From assembly GCA_937625935.1 (NCBI GenBank), contig OW569383.1:372001-436000 (forward strand): a stretch of 64,000 bases of DNA, given 5' to 3'. Numbering within the stretch: position 1 is the stretch's first letter; every line of letters begins with the position of its first letter. Below are positions 11,101 through 20,918 of this stretch, piece after piece. The notes beneath the pieces are model-generated. The model saw only the letters and a program-made list of their open reading frames with translations. It was not told where the DNA came from and did no database searches. This DNA is from Tetramitus jugosus (taxonomy: Eukaryota > Protista > Heterolobosea). The position numbers and the translations under genes are program-made.

Positions 11101-11305
11101 CTGGTTGACTGAAGATAACGCGTATATTGTGCTGCGACAGAAGCCAGATCGCCTGGCCTCACTCGGTGAAATCGAACAAACCAAGATACTGGAGAAGTTT
11201 ACAGCAGATGATTTGAAGATCAAGCAGGGTGCGATCAACAAAGGCTTCAGAGTTGCACTGCCCATCTTGTTCCACTACTTCATGGTATGCCTGGTTCAAG
11301 CGTAA
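8159..11305 (+). CDS. F-box / leucine-rich-repeat protein
   Basis: Asn/His-rich N-terminus, then an F-box-like segment 'LPTSILSLVTRYLNKFDLFCVLSLTCRVFYNIVHNVTCW' (~8835-8955). Cys-containing LRRs follow ('CPELETLTF', 'CPNLSDLVLHNMPSLT', 'CPMLESLFIDDC', 'NLKVLEVCNC'). Confidence 0.8.
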   Translation: MKRHRLSCTCNNNNSNSNNTNNNNVHESSCSASSSPPEMMTDTNDATCTLVDSARATFPGDIPTRNIPRRKYHYSHQQQHHQHHDHLQYDHNNNNGVNNVGGSIHPSNPMDHHHHDEQHHASNAAATTQTAGPNNIFEVPHFLKNNTGMNNTTMITFSNNYNDKKQTSDCTEGIIISSAIPNYNNSEANNNNNKITSYQQNEGDDNECIPCMRFTKRQKKACTICKLPTSILSLVTRYLNKFDLFCVLSLTCRVFYNIVHNVTCWHDRMFAVCDQSLEHMTHTTFMTLVEQCQFRHLCIWQDGETNQNNNNNNNSRRGCISSLFNLGASVNKVLSREVFGTKSLCALFQCTKETIPFLRNLKTLVLKTKFATSKHIFLAMQTCPELETLTFIYDGTQSSPSTVKSFGTATINAVEGALCDIRRTLAASTVKNSPIEQYAPKIALLKDKVKCRTLTHFKIIQNDPHLCPFMKQQLTVFTHLVLITQKNLKKIELSSQVSFLCCDTFVKYGNELFFDHLREIVLNGHTISNDALSALLSKCPNLSDLVLHNMPSLTTQSLAHLPSSLTSLCILNCPRIGVSSSDVIIPPLCNLTKLSFTSKLDTADENLIRSEALLVWKLFTSCDSAKLKDLMFNTHGIYNPYQVFCCNVVCDKLRNLSNICLMNSDLNADICSFISSNEHSDMTVAVIQDNSTALPNLPKCAVKSLSEKCKCLVVRSYTLPGDWLETFATNHTTTKSLQLMNCAVNYQPTVFPQNRPQNSCSTVEDLSLLSHCAFPLDFYTRIFSTFNCVKTLKLSELNPLPVYTLSIISQHCPMLESLFIDDCTYPVLSDQDAENFRVPLCSFENLKVLEVCNCSNPSLQQLCLLLLSMRNVEKICFNARTSSGMEIQHTPGGIQLSLVNNLNSGFFVQMKQIIQQVICCRKTSCLSMKTFWEWQLFVDVFRNVYHEIFEDHKVRVQTRLATPLVDPERFPFQELKSCLESWLTEDNAYIVLRQKPDRLASLGEIEQTKILEKFTADDLKIKQGAINKGFRVALPILFHYFMVCLVQA

Positions 11306-11642
11306 TTCTTAGAACGGAAAAAAGCGCGAATAATAAATTGTCCGCACTTGAGGAGAAATGCGCATCTTTTAGTCAACCGAACAAAAAATTTTATTTTGTA
11401 ACCCCATAAAAACTAAGTTCAAAGATACGAGTTCGGTCAATTTCGACTTTGCAGAGGAACCAGCTTGCCAGGAAACTTACAGGTTGCCCACCGAAACCAA
11501 AAAACTCAGCACACGAAACGAATTTACACACCACACAACTCTAAGAATTACCTTACCTTTCAAAGTGACTTTTACTACCACTTCAACCAATAACAACCAC
11601 AGCAACATTAGCTCCAACCACCAATTAGACGACTTATTCACA

Positions 11643-13142
11643 ATGATGACCACTACCAACGTCTCCACTCACAACAACAACAACATGAACGAACAATTAT
11701 TGTTATCTCCATTCGACATTGATGTGAACGACCAACTCTTTGACTCACCAATGTTTACCAACCATTCCAACCACAACCACAACAGCAACTCGAATAACCT
11801 TCAACTTCTTTCCCCTCTCTTGCTTTCACCACACCATGGCGAAGGTTTTGACGGCTTATTCAACGATATTATCCACAACAACAATCATTCTTATTACCAT
11901 CATCAGGATCCCTATCATCATAAGGACGGTGCGGCGAATGTGAATGCCGTGATGGCTGCCAATCATCCCACACCAACTGATACCACTGTTTATGACCAAA
12001 ATGATTTTCTCTCACAGTATTTGACCTCGAGTTCCTCCAGTGGTCAAGACTCCATGAATCGCTGGCATAATTCAGATCCACCTCCCTTGCCGCAACTAAT
12101 GGACAGTCCCACAACTACAACGCAACCTCAAGCTGCAGCTCCAATAAGACCCTCATTAATGAGACTTGAAGTCAACACTCAGTTTGACGAGACTCAAAAG
12201 GCAAAGAGAGTAATCACATCCACCAACAACACTACCTCAACTACTACATCAAACAATAACAATAATACCCAAAAAAATAATACAAAAAAAACAACAACAA
12301 CATCAGTAGTAGCAGTACAAGAGGAAGAAGACAATGAAACAGAAGAAGGAATGGAAGCTGGGTCCAGAGGATGGCAAACCGTGTTTGTCGATCCAAAGTA
12401 TGCCAACTCCATCTCTATTGAATTGAGCAGCAAGACACGATGTGAAGAACCGTGCTCTGAAGTACCATCCAAGATGTACAGCTCACTCAAGTATGAAATT
12501 AGACATCATGCTACTGGTGAACTGTGTGATCAAGTGGCCTTCCTGCTGGCAAGAATCTCTGTTGTCGACTCTGTCAACTTTGAAGAGATTAAGAAGGACA
12601 ACCGACCTGTGCTCAAGGGAGTTGTCGAATCCGCATTGACCAAACCACCTGGTGACACTAGATCTCAACAAAAGCTCTATGGTGTTCTCAAGTGTCAATT
12701 CACTGATGTGTCCTATCATCACAAGAAGAGAGACTTTTGTTGGCAGATTGGTCTGTTTAGACCTGATGACCTCGAAAGTCCAATCATGATTCTTCGAAGT
12801 GCACCTTACAAGGTGTTTGCTAGAAAGCCTGCCACCAACAAGAAGAGAAAAAGAGAGACTACTACTACCACCACTATGAACGCAGAGAATGATTCATCAT
12901 TCACTTCCACTTCTGCTGCCACAAGTAGTACTAGTAGTAGCAACAATGCCAATGGTTGGGACCAGTTCCAGAATCGTCTTGATGATTTGTTTAGAGATGC
13001 CAAGAGAATGAAGGTGGACGACAAGAGGAAGGTTGTAGGAATGTTGTGTGAGAAGATGATGGCCCTTGATGGTGCTCTCTTTTCACAAACTGTCATGAAT
13101 CTGCAACAACAATTTTCTGTTGTTGAAGAAGCACAGGACTAA
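11643..13142 (+). CDS. Putative Ig-fold DNA-binding transcription factor (Velvet/CBP60/CudA-like domain)
   Basis: First in-frame ATG is 11643 (the ORF-track start 11484 is TTG). A low-complexity N-half precedes a globular domain ending 'CQFTDVSYHHKKRDFCWQIGLF...ILRSAPYKVFARKP', followed by the NLS-like 'KKRKR'. Confidence 0.55.
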   Translation: MMTTTNVSTHNNNNMNEQLLLSPFDIDVNDQLFDSPMFTNHSNHNHNSNSNNLQLLSPLLLSPHHGEGFDGLFNDIIHNNNHSYYHHQDPYHHKDGAANVNAVMAANHPTPTDTTVYDQNDFLSQYLTSSSSSGQDSMNRWHNSDPPPLPQLMDSPTTTTQPQAAAPIRPSLMRLEVNTQFDETQKAKRVITSTNNTTSTTTSNNNNNTQKNNTKKTTTTSVVAVQEEEDNETEEGMEAGSRGWQTVFVDPKYANSISIELSSKTRCEEPCSEVPSKMYSSLKYEIRHHATGELCDQVAFLLARISVVDSVNFEEIKKDNRPVLKGVVESALTKPPGDTRSQQKLYGVLKCQFTDVSYHHKKRDFCWQIGLFRPDDLESPIMILRSAPYKVFARKPATNKKRKRETTTTTTMNAENDSSFTSTSAATSSTSSSNNANGWDQFQNRLDDLFRDAKRMKVDDKRKVVGMLCEKMMALDGALFSQTVMNLQQQFSVVEEAQD

Positions 13143-13998
13143 ACAACGTTCACTCCACACTATCAACCAAGTTGTTGGCACGCAGTCAACAACACCTCTC
13201 TGAAGCACCAATCTCTTGGTGATTTCAACAACTGGAATGATTCTCAATCAGCCATACCATGTGATTGCTCAACTTGAGCCTTTCACTATCAATCGTGCAC
13301 ATCCACTTGTCTGTGAAACCACATGTGTGAATACTGTGTTTACTTGTTGACCCCCATGTAAGAGTTTGGTCAACTGACGAGTTTCTCTCACATACAGACA
13401 TGCAAGTACAAAAGGTCGAGTTGCGTGCGATTGCTTTGTAAGAGTGATGATTTTTGCTGTTATCATTGCTCAGGTACACTTCGCAGCAACAACCTTTACT
13501 TGGATCTCTGCACACAATTTTCTTTGATCAGTGCTCTGAAAGCAAAGTACTTATCAACGAATTTCAAACCGGTGTTGGATGTTGCAATGTTTAACCCAAA
13601 CACGGCATCACCCCTCACCAAAACCACACCGATGATTCGTCATCAAAGAGATTTGTGACTAGGACTTCTCACGTGTCTTTTCATTGAGATGCGAGTTTAG
13701 TCGAGTAACAGATCGACATTTTTTCAAAGGAGTTGCCCATCCTCTGAGAAGTTGAACCACCGTTTAGCCTTCTTTCGCCCACCGTTGTCCCGCCTTAAAC
13801 ATTTTCTCATCGCTTCTTCGATGTACTTTTCGCGCATTTCACACCGAGTATTCACTCCCTGCTTTGTCCCACTCTCTCACATACAAACATGCAAGTCAAA
13901 CCAAGGCATGTCTCGTGATGAACCCAACAAAAAGAACTGACAGCAAGCAAATCATGTTTATTCATGACACATTGTCAAACAGTGATGCACATGACATC

Positions 13999-14316
13999 CT
14001 AGTTGTTCTTTGATTCTGCTTCTTCGAGCGATCGCATCAAAATATTGATTCTGTACTTTAGCTTCTCGTTCTCAGTCTTCAATTCATCTCTCTGCTGCAC
14101 CAATTGCTTCTTCTGACTGATAGCATCGGATGCTTCCTTTTGTTCCTTGACCAACGTTTCTCTCAAGTGTTTCAATTGCTTCAAAACTGATTGAGTGAAT
14201 TGTTGGTTATCATTTTGGTCTTGGCTCTTTTGTTGTTCCAATTGAGTGTTGAGTTGCTTCAATTCAGTTTCGGCCTTTGTTGCCCTTTGTTCCAATTGCT
14301 CGATTTGTGTCTCCAT
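13999..14316 (-). CDS. Small coiled-coil protein resembling the leucine zippers of AIMP1 and arginyl-tRNA synthetase
   Basis: 105 aa with heptads throughout. The C-terminal 'ENEKLKYRINILMRSLEEAE' resembles the metazoan ArgRS N-terminal zipper ([20 protein letters not shown], recalled from memory). Confidence 0.7.
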   Translation of the reverse strand: METQIEQLEQRATKAETELKQLNTQLEQQKSQDQNDNQQFTQSVLKQLKHLRETLVKEQKEASDAISQKKQLVQQRDELKTENEKLKYRINILMRSLEEAESKNN

Positions 14317-14391
14317 CTTTCGTTGTTCCTTGTTGTGTGTTTTCGAGATGTTTGTGTGTAATTTTGGGCAGGAAGGTTTTTTTCCTGCCTA

Positions 14392-16194
14392 ATGGAAAGC
14401 AAACGCCGAACAAGATCAACAACAGCAATATCTTCCATAAGTTCTGGCCAGAAAATGTTTCGTTCAACAACCTTTAAACCACTGACCAAGCCATTGAACA
14501 TGAGCAAGCTAACAAATGAGGATGATGTCGATCATTTGGAATATGTTGATTATTCAGTCGATGGCTCCTCAGACTTCTCATCCGACAAGGAAGAGATCCA
14601 TGCTTACTGTGAACATGTGCTTTGTGATGCAAAGCTCATGGAAGAGCATCGATGCATTGAGAACATGATCTCGGAGAGTGTTCAATTTCCGATTGGTCCG
14701 CTTGTGTTCAAGTCGAAAAAGCATCACAAGGTAGTTCATGCTGCACTCAAGGCCATTCTCGATTTCCACAGAGCAAGCGACGCAAGCAGTGGTGACGGAG
14801 ATTCGAGCTTGTTTACAGCGGAACAAATTGAGACGGTTCATGTGCTCATGAAGAGATATCCCGTGAAGCAAAATTCTCGTCTCGTTCTCTTGTCGATTCA
14901 CGACCCTCAATCGGAGGCGTTTGGTCCTCGTCAAGGCATTGATTTTTGGTGTTGTGATCTACCGTTGGCATCATCTTCGTCTGCTTCTTCTAAACCATTG
15001 AAACAATATTTGGTTTCATCCGCCGACATCTACGGAAAAAACAAGAGATCAGCCCTGGCTAAATTATTTGAAATTCTTCGTGCGTACATCTCTAGGTCTT
15101 GCCTATGCAATCTCAGAGCTGCATTGACATTGGATGCTGGTTATGACACCTTTTTTGGTTGCGAGTTCTTTATGGAGTCAGCGGACAAGTTGGAGATGTT
15201 GAAGCAAGTGGAGGCATATGCAGAGGCTAGTCGTGTCAACAGTAAGTTGCGCAACAGAGCTGATTATCAGAAATTTGTGTTGTCTCTGGAGCCAGAGGGT
15301 TCTGGCAATGAGGAGTCAGGGACTACAACCACAGGATCATCATCTTCTGCTTCTAACTCTGCTACTACTGGTCAAACAGATCAAGCAGAAACAACTCCTT
15401 CAACATCTGCTGCCACTTCTAGCGCTTCTGAGAACAACGAAAACAACGATGATGATGACGGAGACAGCGACGAAGAAGAAAAGGATGACGCAGATAAATT
15501 TGCGAACGTAAATCGTAGAGATCTAATTGGCTGCGCGACTCGTCTGCTTGCAGTTGCTCCATTTGAAGCAGATCCTATCAAAGTTCCAAAGCTAATGCAC
15601 AAGTACCTCAGTGTTTGTCTACAGTTTCCATTTGTTGCTGACTTTTATGGTCTACCTGTTTGGGTTACAGGTGTCGACCGCGGGTACAAACATGGAGTGT
15701 CTCTGGTCTGTCAATTTTTGAAACCGAGTGGTGTGGCCCATGCAATTGCTGAGGCGACAAGAGTACAATCACAAAATGCTACAACGACAGACACTCCATC
15801 AACAACCTCATCAGACAATGAAGAACACAGCGATGAGAATGACGGCGATAGCGATGAACCTAGTGGCAGACCTCCGAAGAGAGCGAGAATCACTTCTGAA
15901 GCATCAGGTAGTGCAAGTAACAGCACAAGTAGCAGTGCAAGTTCGACTGGTGTATCCGGTAGTAATAGTGTGGCTCGAGATATCGAACTGGTTGGTCCTT
16001 CATTTGTAGTGTCTGCGGACGAGATAACGTTTGTTCCGTTGGACAATAAGGATTCAAATCAGAAGGTCATTTCGGACTACCAACTGTGGCTCAACTCCTG
16101 TACCTACTTTACAAAGGACAATCTAGAGCGCTACTACGACATTGCCAGCAATCCTCCTCTTTGCCTCTTCGTGCCACCCAATGGTTTCCAGTAA
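14392..16194 (+). CDS. Hypothetical protein with acidic Ser/Thr-rich inserts and a possible split CcbP-like C-terminal domain
   Basis: 600-aa ATG-initiated ORF. Globular segments alternate with D/E/S/T-rich tracts and include an NLS-like 'RPPKRAR'. The C-terminal region reads 'YLSVCLQFPF...VWVTGVD...HGVSL...VSADEITFVPLDNKDSNQKVISDYQLW'. Confidence 0.7.
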   Translation: MESKRRTRSTTAISSISSGQKMFRSTTFKPLTKPLNMSKLTNEDDVDHLEYVDYSVDGSSDFSSDKEEIHAYCEHVLCDAKLMEEHRCIENMISESVQFPIGPLVFKSKKHHKVVHAALKAILDFHRASDASSGDGDSSLFTAEQIETVHVLMKRYPVKQNSRLVLLSIHDPQSEAFGPRQGIDFWCCDLPLASSSSASSKPLKQYLVSSADIYGKNKRSALAKLFEILRAYISRSCLCNLRAALTLDAGYDTFFGCEFFMESADKLEMLKQVEAYAEASRVNSKLRNRADYQKFVLSLEPEGSGNEESGTTTTGSSSSASNSATTGQTDQAETTPSTSAATSSASENNENNDDDDGDSDEEEKDDADKFANVNRRDLIGCATRLLAVAPFEADPIKVPKLMHKYLSVCLQFPFVADFYGLPVWVTGVDRGYKHGVSLVCQFLKPSGVAHAIAEATRVQSQNATTTDTPSTTSSDNEEHSDENDGDSDEPSGRPPKRARITSEASGSASNSTSSSASSTGVSGSNSVARDIELVGPSFVVSADEITFVPLDNKDSNQKVISDYQLWLNSCTYFTKDNLERYYDIASNPPLCLFVPPNGFQ

Positions 16195-16360
16195 TGAGTG
16201 GTGTTATCATTGTATAAAAACCGTTGATCTGTAACTTTGCGATTCCCTGTCGGAATAATAACGCACGATCTGATGTGTTGTCTTGATCTCTTTTTCAGCT
16301 GAGAGAAAACAGCAATTGATACCAATCAAAAACAATAGCAATCTGTTCATATTCAATATA

Positions 16361-18048
16361 ATGTCCATTCCATTTACTCAGTCCTACGATAGAGAAGCCA
16401 TCTTCCCAAAGAACCTTCAATTGTTCATTAACAATGAATGGGTTCCTGCAGACAGTGGCAAGACCTTTCCAGTGATCAAGTATGTTGCCTTTTTTTTTGT
16501 GTGTGATTGCACACATATCTGTTCTCTCCTCTCAGTCGATTAACAACTCGATCATGTGAAAGTCCTGTTGATGGATCAGAATTGTGTCGCGTGTCTGAAG
16601 CTGATAAATCTGATGTGAACAAGGCTGTCGAATGCGCTGAGAGTGCATTGAACGGTGAATGGAAGAAAATGGGAGCCAAGGGAAGGCAAGACTTGTTGCT
16701 CAAGCTTGGAGAGCTATGGAAGACAAAGGTTGAATCAATGTCCGTGTTGGAATCGTTGAACAATGGTACTTCTATTTCTTTGCAAAAGAGTGTGATTGAG
16801 TCATTGATCAATGAAATTCGTTATCATGCTGGATCCTGTGATAAGATTGATGGTAGAGTCGTTGGAGTCGATGGAGCCATGGGAGATTTTCACGTGTACA
16901 CTACAAGAGAGCCAATTGGTGTCTGCGGTATGATTATCGCATGGAATTTGCCATTGTGGTGCCTCATGGTGAAGCTCATGCCATGTCTCGCCATGGGCAA
17001 CACTGTTGTTGTAAAACCTGCTGAACAAACACCATTGACAGCGTTGGTTGTGGCCGATATGTTGAAGCAAGTTGGTTTTCCACCTGGAGTTGTCAATATT
17101 CTACCAGGTTTTGGACCAACGGCCGGTGCAGCCATCTCAGAGCACATGAAAGTGCGAAAGATTGCCTTTACTGGTTCCACTGAGGTTGGGCGTCTAATGT
17201 TGAAGGCCTCTGCTGATAGTAACTTGAAACAAATTCAATTGGAGCTCGGTGGAAAATCGCCACTCATTATATTTGAGGACTCTGATTTGGATGAGGCAGT
17301 AGAAATTGCTGCTTCGGCACTGTTTAGGTATGTGAATCTTTGTTCATTTTGTTCCATCATCATCTAACTAACTAACGTGTATACTTGTGTGTGACAACAC
17401 TTTATGATTGCCAATAATAGTAACAATGGACAGCAATGTGATGCTGGTAGCAGAACATTTGTTCACGAGAGTATTTATGACGCATTTGTCGAGAAGGCTG
17501 TGGCAAAAGCAAAGACATTGAAGATTGGAGATCCATTGAACCCTGAAACCGATATTGGACCACTGGTCAATATCGAGCAGTATGAAAGAGTGTTGCAATA
17601 TATTGAAACTGGTAAGAGAGAAGGTGCTAAGCTTGCTTACGGAGGGGCCAATCTCTCCAAGGAGCAGTACGGCGGCAAAGGTTACTATGTACAACCAACA
17701 GTGTTTGTTGACGTCACAGATGACATGACCATTTATCGCGAAGAAATATTCGGACCTGTTCAAAGTATTATCAAGTTCAGCTCATTGCAAGAAGTTATGG
17801 ATCGCGCCAATGACACTGCTTACGGCCTTGCCGGTGGTGTTATCAGCAAAGATATGTCCAAGATATTTGCAGTGACAAGAAATCTCAAGGCAGGAACAAT
17901 TTGGGTCAACAACTATGCCACGGTGATGCCAGAAGCTGAATTCGGAGGAGTCAAACAGTCCGGATTCGGAAGAGAAGGTGGTGTTACTGCTCTGAGCGAA
18001 TGGACAAACTTGAAAACAGTTTTCATGAAAGTTCCAAACATTCTCTAA
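16361..18048 (+). CDS. ALDH: NAD(P)+-dependent aldehyde dehydrogenase (ALDH1/2-like); exons 16361-16479, 16563-17327, 17421-18048
   Basis: Motifs present: 'LFINNEWV', 'IIAWNLP', 'KPAEQTPLTAL', 'FTGSTEVG', 'LELGGKSP', catalytic 'GQQCDAGSR', 'EEIFGPV', 'FGGVKQSGFGREGG'. Splicing the two GTATGT..AG introns restores 'VINPVDGSE' and 'LFSNNGQQC' in frame. Confidence 0.95.
16480..16562 (+). other. Spliceosomal intron 1 of ALDH (83 nt)
   Basis: GTATGT donor and AAG acceptor. Removal joins AA|T CCT, giving the conserved NP dipeptide. Confidence 0.8.
17328..17420 (+). other. Spliceosomal intron 2 of ALDH (93 nt)
   Basis: GTATGT donor, internal CTAAC repeats and TAG acceptor. Removal eliminates an in-frame stop just before the catalytic-Cys motif. 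Confidence 0.88.
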
Positions 18049-18268
18049 GAAGAAATCCTCGCTGTAATACAGCAAAGACTTTTTGTACTTTGTATAGTAG
18101 AGTGTATTGCATCCACCATAAAATCATCAATTTTGTAATGCACTCTGCCCATTTTTTCACACTCCGAAATTGTGGCGGACAAATATTTTCTTCTTCACCA
18201 TCAAAATTGACCAAAACAACACACGCACCACCAACATCAATTAACCACAACAACAACAAACAACAAAT

Positions 18269-19864
18269 ATGGCAGAATTCGATCTCACACCAAAGTTAAC
18301 TCCCTATCTCGATACTCATCTCGTTCTCCCAATCTTGAACTTTTTGAGATCAGACAACGTCAACGTATGTGAAAAACACGGTGCTTTTTTTTCCATGATC
18401 CACTCCACAGCAAGAACTCACAACAATAACTCACACATGATATCTTTTTTTTGATGCTTTTTACTATTGATGCTTTTTTGAACACACACTCGAAAAAAAA
18501 ACAATGATTTGCTTTCAACCATGACGCACACACGACTGCCGCACACATACACACATACACATTCACACATACAGATTTATGAAAAGAAGCAAGTTCTTGA
18601 GAATGAATACAACTTGCTCCGTGGATCCAAAATGAAGGATGCCCAGCTCGATGTCTATAAGCTATTAAATGGAGCTTCTGCTGCTGAACCACAAGAAATT
18701 GCACAAGAAAAAACTCAAATTATCAATCAACTAAAAGACTTGCAAGAAAAGTGTCAACCCATTCTCAAAGTCATCTCTGATGAAGAGTCTGTGAAGCAAG
18801 CAAAGGAACGCAATGAATTTTCAGTTGAATTTTTTGGTGCTGAAAATGTGGAACACTTGATTCAATTTGCAAAGCTTCAATATGAGATTGGAAACTATAA
18901 GGAGGCCTCTGGTTATTTGTATGATTTGTTGGAGCTCATTCAAAAGAGTCCTTCCACTACTGCTGCTGCTACCACTGGTGCCACCACCACTACTGGTGCA
19001 TCACCAAGTCTCAAGAGCCACCTACCAAGTTTGGCACTCGGAAAGCTTGCTTGTGAGATTGTGTTGAACAATTGGGAAGCAGTGAATGCTGATATGAGCA
19101 CTGTGAGAGAACTCTGTGTCAATGTTCACAGCAACAATGCAGAAGAAGAACAGAACCAACAATTGATGAGAGCTTTTGTGGCTCATTGGTCATTGTTTGG
19201 ATGGGCGTTCGGTAAGGGTAATTTGGACTGGTGGTTGTCTGATCATCGTATTGCAAACATTATTGCCTCTCGTTGTGCCTATTTGTCCCGATATTTGGTC
19301 ATTTACATTTGCTTGAAGCGTACTAGAAAGTCATTCTTGAAGGATTTGAAGTCTGCTGTTAAGATTATTGATCATAGTGGTAGTGTTTTGCGCAATGACC
19401 CAGTGACAAAGTTTGCTTCCTTGTTGGTTCAAGCTCAATTCCTCGATGCCGGTGAGCAATTGTTGAAGATGGAACCAGTGTTGAAGAATGATTTCTTCTG
19501 CCACGGTTTTGCCAATGAGATGATGTCTGCTGCCAGAAGCATTCTCTTTGAACAGTACACCAAGATTCACATTAGAATCAGTCTTGGAAAGGACTTCCCA
19601 TTGAGAAAGTATCTGTTTGTGAACAATGAATCTGAAGAAGAAGAACAAAACTGGGTTGCCAACTCATTGAGACAACGTATCGGTGGTATTGTCGGCTGCA
19701 GAATGGACACTGGAAACAAGCTGTTGACCATTACTGAAAATTATCCAAACATTTATCAAGTTGTTGTTGAACAATCGGAAGCTTCCTGCGTGATGAGAAC
19801 CAATCAACTCAAGTACATGATTCAAGACTTGGAGAAGAAGACACCTGCTGTGCAAAGCAAATAA
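18269..19864 (+). CDS. EIF3E: Translation initiation factor 3 subunit E (INT6); exons 18269-18364, 18575-19864
   Basis: N-terminus 'MAEFDLTPKLTPYLDTHLVLPILNFL'. Also 'FAKLQYEIGNYKEASGYL', 'GKLACEIVLNNWEAV', 'HWSLF', and the PCI C-terminus 'NDFF...ARSILFEQYTKIHIRISL...IYQVVVE'. Confidence 0.92.
18365..18574 (+). other. Spliceosomal intron of eIF3e (210 nt, phase 0)
   Basis: GTATGT donor after 32 codons and ACAG acceptor before ATT TAT GAA (IYE). Removal joins the two ORF-track fragments in frame. Confidence 0.85.
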
Positions 19865-20205
19865 ATACAATGTAAAAGCATTTCGTTTATTTGTCAAGAG
19901 TTTATGACGAAAAAAATGGAAGTGGATGAATGTTTACAGCAGATTCGACTTGTCGTAAAACATTCAAAAGGAATGATACACCAATCACAACAACACTCAA
20001 CAACAACACTCAACAGCAAATATCAAAAGTGCATTCATTGATCTTTTCGTGCCTTCTTCAGTTCACATGACTGTTGCAGGGCTGAAAAAAAATGATCACT
20101 AGAGTGACAATTAATGGCAGGCACTTTTGTGAGATTAATTTGAATGTTAAGATTGATGAGTGTGATGATAGATGAATGTATCAGTAGAGTGAGGAGATCA
20201 AGTGT

Positions 20206-20493
20206 TTAATATCCAAGAACTTCTTGTTGTTCAATCTTGCGCTTAGCTCTCTCCACAACCTCATAAATGGAGTTGAATGCATCTTGTTGTATTGGTTGAA
20301 TCAAATCATTAATCTTTTTCTTTTGTTGCTTATATTCTGGACTCACTGTTTGTGCCTCAGAGATGATGAGGAAAGACAAGACACCGAATGCAACGATGCA
20401 CTTGAGTGACTTCAAATTTTTTTCTCTCTTCTTTTCAGATACTATGAATTCGCGCTTGAAGAAATTGAGAACTGATCTAAATGGATTGAACAT
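20206..20493 (-). CDS. Small single-pass membrane protein, function unknown
   Basis: Likely start is ATG 20493 after an A/C-rich leader (the ORF track extends to 20646). One hydrophobic segment, 'CIVAFGVLSFLIISEA', is followed by a helical polar tail. Confidence 0.5.
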   Translation of the reverse strand: MFNPFRSVLNFFKREFIVSEKKREKNLKSLKCIVAFGVLSFLIISEAQTVSPEYKQQKKKINDLIQPIQQDAFNSIYEVVERAKRKIEQQEVLGY

Positions 20494-20918
20494 TTTTTGT
20501 TGTTGCTTGTTGTTTGATAAAAATGTTGTTGCTTGTTGTTGGGGAGTTGTGTGTGGAAACTTTTTTTGTGTCGGTGCGGGAAAAATGGGTCTGTGTGGGT
20601 AAACAACTTCTCGAATTGTAGATCTGTCAATCTTCTGGGCTTTCATAATTGATCACGATATCACAATGAGGAAAAATTTGCCCTCTCTTCATAGCTCCAC
20701 CTTCAGCTGAACGTGGATCAGAGACCTGCTGCAGTGGAGTCGTAGATTAATAGATCTAATAATTTCTCCTCTCTATTTCTTGTTGAACATTCAACCAAAA
20801 TGATGAACAACAATTTCGGCCCCAAAAATTCGGCCACACAAAAAACGAAAGCACAAAACTGCAAATTGCGCACCGCTCTCTCCATACGCCATAACCAACC
20901 TGCCTTCCATCAAAAAAA

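Noticed and set aside
13143-13998. ~850-bp gap with a GTGATGA...CTGA pair (13444-13539, possible C/D snoRNA) and short minus-strand ORFs
   Set aside because: The terminal stem is poorly positioned, I recognise no rRNA guide, and the ORFs lack domains. It cannot be supported without an Infernal or snoscan search.
16283-18048. Three separate ALDH fragments or a pseudogene (likewise the eIF3e and HECT fragments)
   Set aside because: Canonical GT-AG introns join them into intact genes.
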